DNA of 64,000 bases from Epiperipatus broadwayi (lineage: Eukaryota; Animalia; Onychophora): NCBI GenBank assembly GCA_028023455.1, contig JAQFVV010000010.1, forward strand, positions 6,820,001-6,884,000. The letters are read 5' to 3'. The translations under genes and the position numbers were made by a program. The notes beneath the pieces are model-generated. The model had not been told where the DNA came from, did no database searches, and saw only the letters and a program-made list of their open reading frames with translations. This document shows positions 51,337 to 64,000 of this stretch, piece by piece (the first letter of the stretch is position 1; each line of letters begins with the position of its first letter).

Positions 51337-53276
51337 TCGAACACAACCCTTTGGTTGTGTTTTGAATCTTTGTGAATTTGTATTATAAAAACAATTTTTT
51401 TTTTTATGTATAACATTTTCATATATATAGTAAACATTAAATACAACACATTGTTCAGAACAAAAACACCACATAAAACCTCCAGCATGCAAGATCCTTT
51501 ATTCCATTGTGGCTGACTAGTGTAAGATTGAGGAATCAGTAGACACCAGATAGCAATGCTTATTAAATCCATATCTAATGCTGTACTATCCATATTATCT
51601 AGTTATTTTTTGATTTAGGGGCTTCATCAGTGAGGAGATTGGATCTAGATATAATACTCGGTAGAACATTGTGCAAGCTATGAAGTCATGTGATGTCTGA
51701 TTTTATACCGATTTTAACCAGAGTAAAGATATCTAAGTCATTACCAAAACTGTACTGAAGTAATCTCAGAACTATATAACTAAACAAGGATTAGTTTAGT
51801 TTGAAGCATTAAATGTTTTTGATTTTGTGCTGATAACTTTAGTCATAATGAATGGAAAAATGGCTGATAAATGGAAAATGCATTATGTTCAAGATCCAAG
51901 TGCATGAGATCAACATTCCTCCATGAAGGCCATACACCAAAAACTAGTCAGGTGGCAGAGATGGGAGGCAATCAGTACAGATTCCATATGCATTATCATC
52001 TAGTATCTCTAATAGCTTAGAATAAATAGTAGTGTTTAAAGTAGAATCAAATCTGCTTCCGCATACTATTCAGGATAATTTAGTAATATGAAAATGGATA
52101 AATGCCTTTTATTAGAAACAAACTGCAAACTAATTTTACTTCTTTATTCTAGTGGGGAGAAATTATTTTTCTTTTACTTCATTAAAAGAAAAGTAATTTG
52201 AATTCTTTCAAAATATAAATATAATTATTTTAACAGTCCATTAAAAAAAAATATTTTTTTTTTGTATTGTAAAAGCAGAATAAGTAAGTATTAATTATAA
52301 AATTTTTAATTACAGGACATATATTATTTTAAATACTATTAAAAATATGATTTTATTTAATAAATAATACATCTATAAACTTTATAAAAATGTTTTCAAT
52401 ATGATAAAGCTCTGTAAATAGGATTATTCAAAGGACATTGTTTAATGCATTATAGCAATATTATTAAAGTTGAAAATTACGTATATGCACGAGACAAAAA
52501 AAGGAATCCACATTTATTTTGCTGCTGAGACAATGGGCACACAATTTACGGAAAGCATTTAGAGCTTTATAATAAGTAATAATATATTAGTTGTAAGATA
52601 GTTGTATCTTATTTCTCTTATAATGCCAAAATAAACAAAAAAACATTGAATAGATTTGTGAAACTTAAATAATTTAATAGACTTTGCAAATACATATGCC
52701 AAGATATACTGAGTTTATAATGAAAATTTAAATTGGGATTATTTTTAATACATTCAATATATATAACAAATAGTGAAAGATAAATTTACGATTTAGATTA
52801 TTAATTGGTAAGCAAAATGTGGTACTGATTCTCAGGTGAGATTTCTTCTAAAATATTAAGAAGATTTTTGCTAAACAGGTTTACATCACATAAAAAATTT
52901 TTTTGCTGTTGGATTTTCATGAAAAAAATCTCCAAAAAAATTAGTTTCAAAAAAATATTCTTGAATTTAGGACAAAAATATTTAAAAGTGGACGTAAGAA
53001 TATGTTCAATTCTAGCAATTGAAATATATATTTAAAAAATGCATCTTTATTTGAGCAACTTAGTTACTTTTTTTGTGATTAGTCATAAATATATATGTAT
53101 GCGTGTAAATGTATACCCACATATACCACCATCTCTCTCCAGTTTATTCCATATTTTATACAAATTTCTATTTCTAAAGAGCTTTCTTTTAACCATACAT
53201 TCACATCTCTTTCAATTTTTGAAAAATTGAAGTATCTGTGAATAGAATGCTAAATTGCATTAAAAAAAAAAATTAC

Positions 53277-53394
53277 CTGTTAAAAATTCACAGAGACTGT
53301 TGTTTCTCTGTATAGCTGCATACGTGATAGGCCAACATCCATAACAATCCATAGCATTCCATTGCACTCCCCGTTCAATTAAAGCTTGGGCAAT
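53277..53394 (-). CDS. ANK-WGR PARP gene exon (IAQALIERGVQWNAMDCYGCWPITYAAIQRNNSLCEFLT), ankyrin repeat
   Basis: ttgtag acceptor and gtaatt donor; 118 nt, phase 0/1; ankyrin consensus L..G...NA.D..G..P..YA. Confidence 0.88.
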
Positions 53395-56238
53395 CTACAA
53401 AATAAATGTACTTTTTTTAACAATCATAATCATTAATTTTTATTGGAAAAAAAAAGCAATCATTTAATAAAACAATTAATTGAACAATACATGTTTATAA
53501 AAAAAATAACTGATACTAAAATCAATACAAAGCTAATGGAAACCAAATTATCACAAATACCTAATATCCCAATTTTCAAAAATATTCCAGTGAATTTAAG
53601 TATAAACCATAAATCATTTCAAAATGTTAAAAAGACTTTAATGTATGATTCAGATTTGAATGAGATAAAAAAAAATTAATTACAGGATCCAAAAAGCAGC
53701 AATATAGCATTAAATTTTCCATTGAGATAAAAATCTTTGGAAAAAAAATAAGAAAATAATTAAAAATAATTCAACTGTGGGAATAGAGGAAAATTCTATA
53801 AAATGTTGTGAAAGAAATTTGAAAAAGTTATAGAAGATAATAAAAATCTCAAATTTATCTGTTATTTTACCCATAAAAAGAATACAAAAAAATAGCACAA
53901 TTAATAATAAAAAAAGGGGGGGGGTGACTTGTACTCTGAAAAATAATTGTACAATAACTACAGTATATAGTAATAAAAAAGCATTTAAAAATAGGTTGAA
54001 TTGCTTAAGAAAGAAACCTTTAATATATATCTTGGCATAAAATTTCATAAACATTGATGAATAATTTGTTTTAGTCATCATTTGTGTTAATAAAAAAAAA
54101 AAAAATATATCATTATTAAAGAGAGTGATTGAGTAGTCTGCTGTCATCTATAAAAGATCACTGTAAATACCAAATTAACTGATCTTCAAACATCATTTAT
54201 ATATTTATAAACTTCTTCCTTCATATGAAACTATTTTTATGGTAAACAATCAATCATGTGGACTGCAGATGAATAATCACCAGGAACCACTTTAGACAAA
54301 TTCACACATCAACAAATTTATATATTCAAAATGTTTTTTTTAAATACTTATTTAACTTTAAATATATATATAAAAAAGGAGGTTAATAATAATTTATATA
54401 GGACAAAATTATATTCATATTATGAATTCTTTTTAGATGCCATAGATTTAGTGGTACAATTAATTTTTGTCTACCTAACTTTTATTTAATATATTTAAAT
54501 CTAAACAAAAAAGTAAAATCTTTCAAAGTATGTGAATATACATGAATAAACTTAGTGTTTTTAAATGCCAGCAAACTTCTCTTGTTAAAGTGTCTTATAA
54601 CAAAATATATAATTATTAATAATAAAATTTTAAAAACTATTTGACAGTTTTTTTCTTATATGCATACATCTAGATAGGTTATGGGATATTAAAATATATT
54701 AGTGTCAACATTTTATAACAGACTTGACATAATTTATCTTGTATGATAATGAGGAAGTGAATCATCTTGAACATAGATTTATATTAAATCAGATATTGTT
54801 AAGCAACTACTGATATTCAATGTAGTATTTTGAATGTGAAATAAAATGATAGTTTCTAGCAGCACTGGAATTTTACTGTATATATCTAAATTTTTGTAAT
54901 TTTGAAATAGCGAGACAATCACTTAAAAGTTCCATGTAACATTTTATAAGGATGTTTTTTGATTATCCAGAACTTGTTTATATTATGATTTTATTTATTG
55001 AATATTATTACTACTGTTGTTTAATACACATGTATGTTTTACTTCCATGCATATACGTACATATACATACCCAATTTATTCAGTAATAAAATAATTAAAA
55101 CTTCAGAGAAAATTTTTTTTAAAAAAAAAGTTATAAATTTACAGGATGAAATTTTAATATGGAAATCTATTTGCATATATAATATCCTCTGAAAGATACC
55201 TTTTATACTTCAGCATTAATCATTTTTGTAATGGGATTTAAACTTGGTTCTGATTCTTATTAATTGAGATTTTATTTCTATAATTTTTATGACAGCAAAC
55301 TGGATCTTAACTGATGAATAATTTTATTTTACTGTATATATTTATAATTTAATAATATACAATTTTTTTTATAATATTTAATTTTGAATCATGTTTTTCC
55401 CCAGTTATTTAATTTATTGTTAATAAAAAATTTATAGTTGATCTTCAAGTCTGATTCTATCTTATATATGATATCTTTGCCTAAAAAGTTTCAATTCCAT
55501 AGTCTTTATGAGGGTGAGTCAAGTGTAGAATACTATAATGTTAAATCTGTTTAAATTTAGTTTAGCCACTTTCTTTAATGGGAAGTGCAATCTTCTATAT
55601 TGTTAGATACACAGTATGAAGAACACTGTGGAAGGATAGCAAATTGTATTAACCCACACTATTCCATTAAATTCCTCTTGAAGAAAAAGGATTTCCTCTT
55701 GCAATAAATAATTATTGTAAACATCTTTAAATTTTTATTTTATTAACAAACAATGATTCATTTAATACTTTGTGAACTGGATTTAGTAATTTATACCTAA
55801 CTTTTATAAAATTAGGCAAAACGATTGCTGAGAGACAACGAAAATCTCTGTGAATCTCAGAAGCTTACGTAGTCACACTTTTCTTTAAAGACTTAATAAA
55901 CTTATATTTCTCTCCCCATCTTTCACCCAAATGTCCAGAGAATTATTATTTTGATACATATATATTTCTCATTCGTTTAAATTAGAAAAATGTTTTTAGA
56001 TTTTATATTGTCATTATACTTATGTTTCCATAAATATATGTGTAATTTTAGTATTGAAATGTTAAATGAATAGAAGATCATAATTTTAAAAAGTAGAATA
56101 TCTTTATAGCATGTCTTATAGAATATGAGCAAATACTTGTTACTTTTCTATTGAAAGATATAATTTAGATTACTTCCCTACATATTATGAAAAAAAAAAA
56201 AAACTATACAGTGTTCCATTTTAAATTAGTGTTTAAAT

Positions 56239-58400
56239 TAGGGATGTCAAACTAGTTGTGCATAAATTATACATAGTCTGCAAAGCAATTTCCCATAGCC
56301 TGCAATGCCATGAGAAAAGATACACATATAAAATGGCTACTTTTTATAATAAAACAGAAATAGCGATTTAAACATATGATTTATTCATTTTCATATGGCA
56401 TTTATAGTTACAATATGAATGCAAATAATGTTATAATATAATTGCAATAATAAAAATTTACATCCCATTTTCAATATTATAATCTGATCTTAACTAATTG
56501 TAAACTATGTTTATGCTTTCATTGTTAATTTATAGCATGCGGAAAAGGTTAAATTTTCTTGGCTAACAACTGTTCACATCACTAAAGTACCATCCAGCAT
56601 AAATGTCAACGTAAAATGAAGTTGGTAAAAATTTATAATCAACAATTTCTGAAAGTTATCTAATATGCTGAATATGAACACAACATGAGCAATGTTAATT
56701 AGTTTTGAGGGAATCTTTATTATTTTTTATTGACAATAATATCATCGTAAGTTTTTAATCTTGTGTAATTTTATTCAGTAAATTTATTTTTAATAATCTA
56801 AAGAACAAAAAAAAATACTGCAGAGGAGAGAAAATTCCAAGGCAAATAGAAATTGCAATAAAACAAAAGAACAAAATTGAGATTATCATTTGTAATAAAA
56901 CAATTAATACCATCAAAAAATATAATTTAAAATTTAAGATGTTTTACTATAATAGAATTCACAAAAATCAATATTCAAGCTTTGAGGACAAATTGAGGAA
57001 AAAATTAAAAAATATGAGTCAAATTCACTTCAAAATTAACAATAACTATTTTCAAAAATAATAAAAGATAATGAATTGGCAGTGAGAATTGGTCATGAAG
57101 TTGAGCTATTCATTAGCAAAAGATTCTGAAACTTTTAGTAAAGATTTCTTACCTATGAAGTCTATGATAAAACCAATTGAAATGTCTATCCCAAAAATGT
57201 GCAAATACTTTATGATATTTCCTTGATTTAAAAATATTGTGATCAAAAAAATAAGTGAAATAACAAGAAATCGGCATCCATGTGAGTGCTTTTTAATTGC
57301 ACTTGATGAAAGTTCCAATATTGATGACATCACACAAATTGCTCTGCTTCTTCAAGTTTGCAACAACAATATAAATATTACTAAAAGTTTTTGGATATGA
57401 TTCTGATCCATTAAATCACTACAGATGAAGACATTTTTGCCACCACATGGAACAATTTAGAAAAATATCAAGTTCCTCTGAATAGATTCATAGCTGTGAA
57501 AACTAATTATATTCCAGCAATGACAAGCAAAAATAAAAGTTTTATAGCAAAGCTAAAGAGAATGCATCAAAATAATTTAAAATTGCAATCTTTTTACTAT
57601 CTTCCTGCACTCCAAATTATTGGAAATTAATATGTACTCAAGGCTGATCCAATGGTCTCAATGACCTTCAATTTGAACAATTTCTTAAATATTTTGGAAA
57701 ATGAATTTGAAGGAGAGGCTTTCTACAAAAAGATTCATTGTTATTTTTCCATAACATCATAAAATTAAAAAAGCTTTTTTTTTATTATTTTTAAACTAAA
57801 TAAAATTGTTATTAGAACAGAAAATTGTGATATTCAATTATCAGACATGAGTATAGAATCTAGCAGCCTTAGTTGATATTACAAATATTTGAATAATTTA
57901 AATATCAAAATTCAAGATAAAGATCAGAATGATGCACTGGAAAGTTTTAGATATAAATGGGTTTGCCTCAAAATCCTTTAAAGGAAAATACTCTAAATCA
58001 TTTTCCTATGTATGCACAGTTGGACAAATAAGAATCAAAGTTGTGCCTTTTTTCAATATTGTCCCAAACAAGAAAAGATTAAAAAAGAATCTGATAGGTA
58101 ATTTAAAAAGACTTTAAGTAACAAGAGAAAGTGTTTTTTTTAGTTTTTTAGCAAATACTTTTTCCTTTAACTTATGGATCTTCAAAATGTCTCCATTCTC
58201 TTTTTATTTACATCAAAAATATCTTCAAATGCACCAAACATTATATAGTTCTTTTAGAAGCATATATTGTTGTGAAATTATCCACAAGAACAAAAAAAAT
58301 TCACAGATTAAGACTGATGTCATTCTTTTTACCATAAAAAAAGTCATAAACTCAATCTTTGCTTCCGAATTTTGGTCAGCTGATTAATAATAAATAAAAA
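56239..58400 (+). mobile_element. Decayed hAT transposon (SPIN/GTF2IRD2-like transposase); right end not identified
   Basis: Left end tagggatgtcaaac resembles hAT termini; ALDESSNIDDITQIALLLQV at 57298-57358 matches the hAT first catalytic-D motif. Confidence 0.65.
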
Positions 58401-58976
58401 AATTCTACAATTAAATTACTTAAAATTAGATTATTTTATATTTTTAAAAATTATGGATCTAATAATAAAAAAAAGGCATATGGCTTTATTGCTTGAGACT
58501 TCATAAGAAGTTTGAACACCAGAATCAATTCTGGGATCTCCCAACACCAAGTTGGATACTTTAAAAAAAACTATGCCAAACTGTGCATATATGGCTTTAT
58601 TAACTCGGAAATTCATAAAAAATTTGAGCGCCAGAATTGCAAATGACAAAATCAATCCTGGCTTCTTACAATCCCAAGTTGGAAGTTCTACCAACTGTGC
58701 CAAACTAACTGCACATGGCTAATAAAAATAAATTATAATAAAAAATATTCATATGGTTATAATGAATGATTTAGAATAAATTTTCAGTATTAATTTTGCG
58801 ATTCATTTAGACTCATTCTCTTCCCTTGATTTTCAACTGAAAATTTTTTTCTGTCATAATTAAGATTACACTTATATATAATAATAAAAAATAGCTTTCA
58901 ATCCATTTGAATTTAATATTTCTAGTTTATTAATTAAATATCTGATAAAGATAATTTAAAAAAAAAAAAATCATAC

Positions 58977-59135
58977 CTTGGTTTGTAATTCAGGTTGATG
59001 GCATGGTTCAGCCAAGATGGCTAATAAATGAAGCAAGTTTTGTTTTTCTTTATTTTCTAGTTTTAACTTGCTGTGATCTTTCATTTTTGTAATTAAATTT
59101 AAAGCTAAACGATATTTTTTCGATCGTATAGCTGC
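58977..59135 (-). CDS. ANK-WGR PARP gene exon (AAIRSKKYRLALNLITK...QNLLHLLAILAEPCHQPELQTK), ankyrin-like
   Basis: tttcag acceptor and gtatga donor; 159 nt, phase 0/0; NLLHLLA is ankyrin-helix-like; 84-nt intron to the previous exon. Confidence 0.85.
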
Positions 59136-59219
59136 CTGAAAGAGAGAAAAAAAAGAATTAATGAAACTTTTTATCTGTTTTGCAATCTCGTATGTAACTA
59201 ATTACTAAATAGCACTTAC

Positions 59220-59309
59220 CTCTATTGTGAATGTGTACGTGATATTGAACATATGTAACTTGTCCAGCATGACATACATTACACCTTGCCAATTATGCCT
59301 TATTGCACC
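59220..59309 (-). CDS. ANK-WGR PARP gene, first exon visible in the window (GAIRHNWQGVMYVMLDKLHMFNITYTFTIE)
   Basis: ttttag acceptor and gtaagt donor; 90 nt, phase 0/0; open and in frame with the next exon. No upstream exon or start codon was found in the window. Confidence 0.8.
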
Positions 59310-62300
59310 CTAAAATATCATAATTTTATTTAAAAATTATTATTTTTTTAAGAACGCATAATTTATAATAATAAGAAAGAGAAATAACTAATTGCAACTG
59401 TAATAAAACGGGTCTTATAATTTTCCCTGATTTATATAATTTATTTAATCTTATATATTTTGTTTAAGCATCATGTGAATTGCAATCCTTGAAGTAGCAT
59501 CTTGAAATTACTTCTATAATCTGTCACATTTAGCTCTGCTTTATCCAGTTAATTCTGATGGGATATTCAATATTAGCAGCTACTTTATGATTCTGAATAT
59601 CTCAATTCTTTGAAGTAATCCATCCACCAGCATTCATCAGTTGATATTTATAATGATGTAAAGGGCATAAAATAAAAAATGCATCTTGTTGATTAAATTA
59701 ATCAAATAGAAAAATAACTTTTATTATTCTGCTCATCATTTTGTGCTTCCCCTAAATTCAAACATCACTGTGTGTGTGACATCCAATATATATATCTATA
59801 TAATTTCACTTCAATTTTTTTTTGTTGAAACATATCCTTTTTAACTACATTGAATATCTAACAACATTCTTTTTGATTAATTCTTATCACAAGATCGAAG
59901 ACAATGATGATCATTTGTTTCATCATTTCCATATACTTTACATACACAAAGCAAATTTAATATAAAATTTCTAGAGGTCAGTAATCAATGGTGGAAAAAT
60001 AGATATAGTCAGCTGTAAAATAGTGTTTGGTATATAGTAGTCAGCTTTATGACAAATATACTAATATATAAAATATAAATACTATTGCAGTGAAAATCTC
60101 TTCAAATTTCTTCAAAAAAGAACAAGGAAAAAGAAAGCATTACCCATCAAATTAGTTAAGGTCTAAGCAGTTTCCTTTTTTATTTCACTTTTTATCTAAC
60201 AATAGACAGATATCTCATTTCTTGATCAATCTTTAGATGGACACCTGGATTCACTATAGAGTGAATCTTATTTTTCAAAAAAAACCAACCTAAGCTATTT
60301 GGAAATCATTACTTATGTAAAATTATTTGCTAATTCTTCCTGGACCTGACCCTTTTCATGTATGTTGCAAGCAAAAATTTCAAAATATAACTTAGATTAC
60401 TATTTTTCAGGAAAAAATGAACATAATTTTTGATGGGAGTTCAAGATCAAGTCCTCTGTTGATGTGGGCTCATAATTTCCAATTAAGTGTTTATATGTCA
60501 AAATAGGATGAGGTTTCAAAACTTAGCATATATAAAGATATTTTATATATTGTGGAATTTATTTGACTATTCTGATATTAATATTATGAAATTATACAAT
60601 GGTAAATTTTCTTTTCTCTTAGAGACATCTAGGTTTGATCAGTTGCTTAAGACATAAATAATATTTACCTTTTTATGTAGAGTATATTCGTTTTTGAAAT
60701 GTTTGGCCACTTATTTATTTAAATATTAACTACTGAAATGATTGGTTCATGATTCGTAACATATGAGATGAGTTAACTTAATAATGCATATACATTTAAA
60801 AAGTTTAAAATAAAATAAAAAAAGAACACAGTCAAATGTTACATATTTAAAATAAAATTTAAAATGACATAGTTTTTTGGTTTATTTGAAACAAATTATT
60901 TAAAATTAAATAAAAAGGTATTTCTCCCTCTAATACAAATATATAATTTAATTCAATGTTAATTTTAATGAACAAGAAATTATAAAAATTACTTTCAATA
61001 TGTTTGTACTTAAAAAAAATTGGAAAAAAAATTAATTAAAAAACTATTTTTGAATTATTATTTTTTTAAATATAAGTTAAGCAACAACCACTGCATTCTA
61101 GTTGTAATCTCACTTTATTAACTAAGAAAAAAAAATACTTAATTTGAATTCAGTTTGTGACATTTCTTAGTATGAATATAAATATGGAAAGAAGTTTAAT
61201 TAAAGGTTGACAGGATCAAAAAAAAAAAAAGTGCTAGCAATTTTCATAATAATACAGTTGGATTTCCCAGAGAAATACATGATAGTACTCCTTGTAGTGA
61301 TTCATAGCATAATATGTATAAGCAACCCCTGATTGCTGTAAACTAATGTTTGAAGATTATAAAAGCTAAATATGAATTACAAGCAATTATCAACTAAATT
61401 GTTTATTCTGAGTAGCCAAGATATTTCTATAAGACTGGCTTATTTGCAGATAGAATCAAAAAAGGAAAATCTGAATTTAAAAGAACATATGCTATCTATA
61501 TTTTTATTCTTACATATGTATAGAAGCACCCATGGAAGAAATTACTATTGTTAGAATTCATTAGTATACATATATTAATATGTTATATATAGAGCTTGCA
61601 AAATAAGCTCTTAACAAGCTTTGCAAAATATCCCTAACCCCAAACCGGTTTCTGCTACTGGTGTCCTCAGTGAGGTGCTAGGATATTCAAGTATTAGATT
61701 AAAAATACCAGGACAATCCCAGCACTTTATCTAATGTATAATTATATAATGTATATATTAATATGAATACTAAATACAAAAAATCTATTGTTGATGGGCA
61801 AAAACCTAATATTGGGGGGATGGGAGGACACCAATAATATATATATTGTATTCAATTCTGGGATTAATAAAAAAGAAAAATCAATTTTTTATATTACAAA
61901 AAGAAAGAAAAAAAGTCTTATACTAACGTTTACCAATTTGTTTTAAAGTAAGAACTGATCCACAAATTTTGAATTAACTCCAACCAACTAATAAAAAAAA
62001 GTTTTCAGCAAAAAAATAAAGCTTGAAGATCCATGGAGAAAAGAACTGTCAAAAATAAGTTTTTCATTTAATTTCTTAAATTTTATTGTTTAAGTTTTGA
62101 TTGGTTTTATAGTTAGAAAAGGGTTTTTACTGATAGATTACAATTTAATATCAACCATTTAAACCAGGTAATTCTTTTTGAGATTCGCTAGCAATTGTTT
62201 GAATTATATTTTCAATATTTAAAAGCTTTATTATATTAGATAATTTAAGATTACAAATGAAAAGCATTCTTAAAAATATTTCACCTTTTCAAATATAGAA

Positions 62301-64000
62301 TGCAATCAAACCAATGATTTTTGTTCTTTCACAATTGTCAATAAAAATATTTAATTATTGAAAGAAAAGTTGTTTTATCTCATTTCCAAATAATGGGAAT
62401 TATGCGGAATACCTTTTTCAGCCAATCACAATTTTTTGTTTTATTATAATTATGTTTATCTTGACTTGACTTCTTTAAAAATAAATATTTTCCAAATATT
62501 TTAAAAAGAAATTCACAAACATATAAATAAGTTTGCAAGTTTTCTCACAAATAATCTTCTACCAACCAGTAGCATTATTAACTCATTTGTATTAGGTTCT
62601 CTGCACAATACTAGCATCTTCAGATTTTTTTTAAAACTAATGAATCAATATTTTAGTTCCAGTTTCTGCCATCAAATAAACACAAAACCACCAAGCAAAT
62701 ACTAACAAATAGCTGCAAGATACAAGAAGAGTTAATAAAATCCTAAAATAATCAGTATGTTGGTATGAGTAAACATAAATATAATTACATATAAAACAAT
62801 TGACCTTAAAATTTAAGATAAATTCAAATCAGAAAATGAAATTTTTTTTAATATTATAAATGCAAGTGTTTGTACCTATCTCTATATAAAAGAATAAGTT
62901 AGCTTTATATATTTGAAAAGCAAATTAATTATTAAAAATTGAAATTGTATTTTTTATTATAAACACATAAGTATGTGCACACATATTATAATTATAGCTT
63001 TATATATTTTAAAAACAAATTAATTATTAATAATTAAAATGTATATATATATATAAACTATAATTTAAGCATGTTTTATTTTAAAATTACTAATTATGAA
63101 ATATTTAATATCTATGTATAAGTTAAAATGAGGAATGATTTACGTGCATTATTGAAAAATATTTCTTAGATCTTTAGTTTTTTTAAATATTATAATTTAC
63201 AAAATTAATTATTAAATAAATTTATTTAATACTGGATTAAGTATTTGTATCTTTATACTCTCCTGGAACTAGCATTGATCTAACAAAATTTGTTGAAAAT
63301 ATGTGGATTTTATATAATTTCCTTTAGATATTATTTAGATGGCTCTAATGAATTAAAGGTCACCATAAGATCCATATTCTTTATTTACATAATACACAAC
63401 TATTAGTTTATTTAGAGCTACTACATGCATGGAACTAAATGACTCCAACCTAATTATAATCTTAATTATTCCATCATTTAATGATTCCAGCACATTTTTA
63501 TAGTATTTAATGCAGACTTAATTAAATATTATTTGCACTTGGTTTGCTGATATTTATTAGTACAAGATACTATTACAATTACATATTTTAACTTGGTCTA
63601 TATACAATTCATATGTAAATGATGCATCAAGATGTGGCCAGATTTTTGTATATAATTATATTGACATTTATCTGTTGTTTATATTATTTCATTTACACTA
63701 TATTTTTTGTAAATTGTATTAAATGATATTATCTTTCATGAGCTAAAAATCTGGTCAGATTTATAAAGCCTATAGCATTACTGCTCTGTAAACATGAATT
63801 ATCAATTGATAATGCTATTTAATTTCCATGACATCCCAAACTAAATATGTATAACTGCATTCATTCAAGCTTTAAATCCCAACCCCTTATTTGTAAGAAC
63901 AAAGGCCAGAAACTGCCTAGGGATGAGGATTAAAATGCACTACCATCTACTTAACACTTATAAATTAAACTGTTGTGTTTGGTCTGGATTGCAGAGTCCA

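Noticed and set aside
51610-51640. Minus-strand ctgatgaagcccc as a hammerhead remnant
   Set aside because: The 3' strand of stem II and the GAAA are missing.
59627-59645. 19-bp match (ccagcattcatcagttgat) to hammerhead copy A
   Set aside because: No stem II closure, no GAAA and no flanking homology.
59400-64000. Search for further upstream PARP exons or a start codon
   Set aside because: Only decayed TE-like frames were seen; no phase-0 exon with ankyrin character could be supported.

Overview
A very AT-rich eukaryotic (invertebrate-like) genomic window. One spliced gene runs across almost all of it on the minus strand: 12 GT-AG exons (59309 down to 1846, 2018 nt) that join in frame. They encode the ankyrin-repeat, WGR and early PARP-regulatory part of an ankyrin+WGR PARP (PME-5/'tankyrase-like'); both gene ends appear to lie outside the window. 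The introns are full of transposon remnants: three pogo/Tigger-like MITEs, a Buster-type hAT with both ends and its TSD, a second hAT remnant, two ~2 kb solo-LTR-like elements, RTE-like LINE and Penelope-like (PLE) remnants, a probable restriction-endonuclease-type retroelement relic, a short tRNA-like SINE and several foldback structures. The most notable signal is a ~441-bp repeat at 47.5-48.6 kb (two tandem copies plus one inverted). Each copy carries a type I hammerhead ribozyme motif with a palindromic stem III, which fits a retrozyme or PLE pseudo-LTR. A second, different hammerhead motif sits in one arm of a foldback at 35.5-35.7 kb. All calls were made by eye; no database searches were run.
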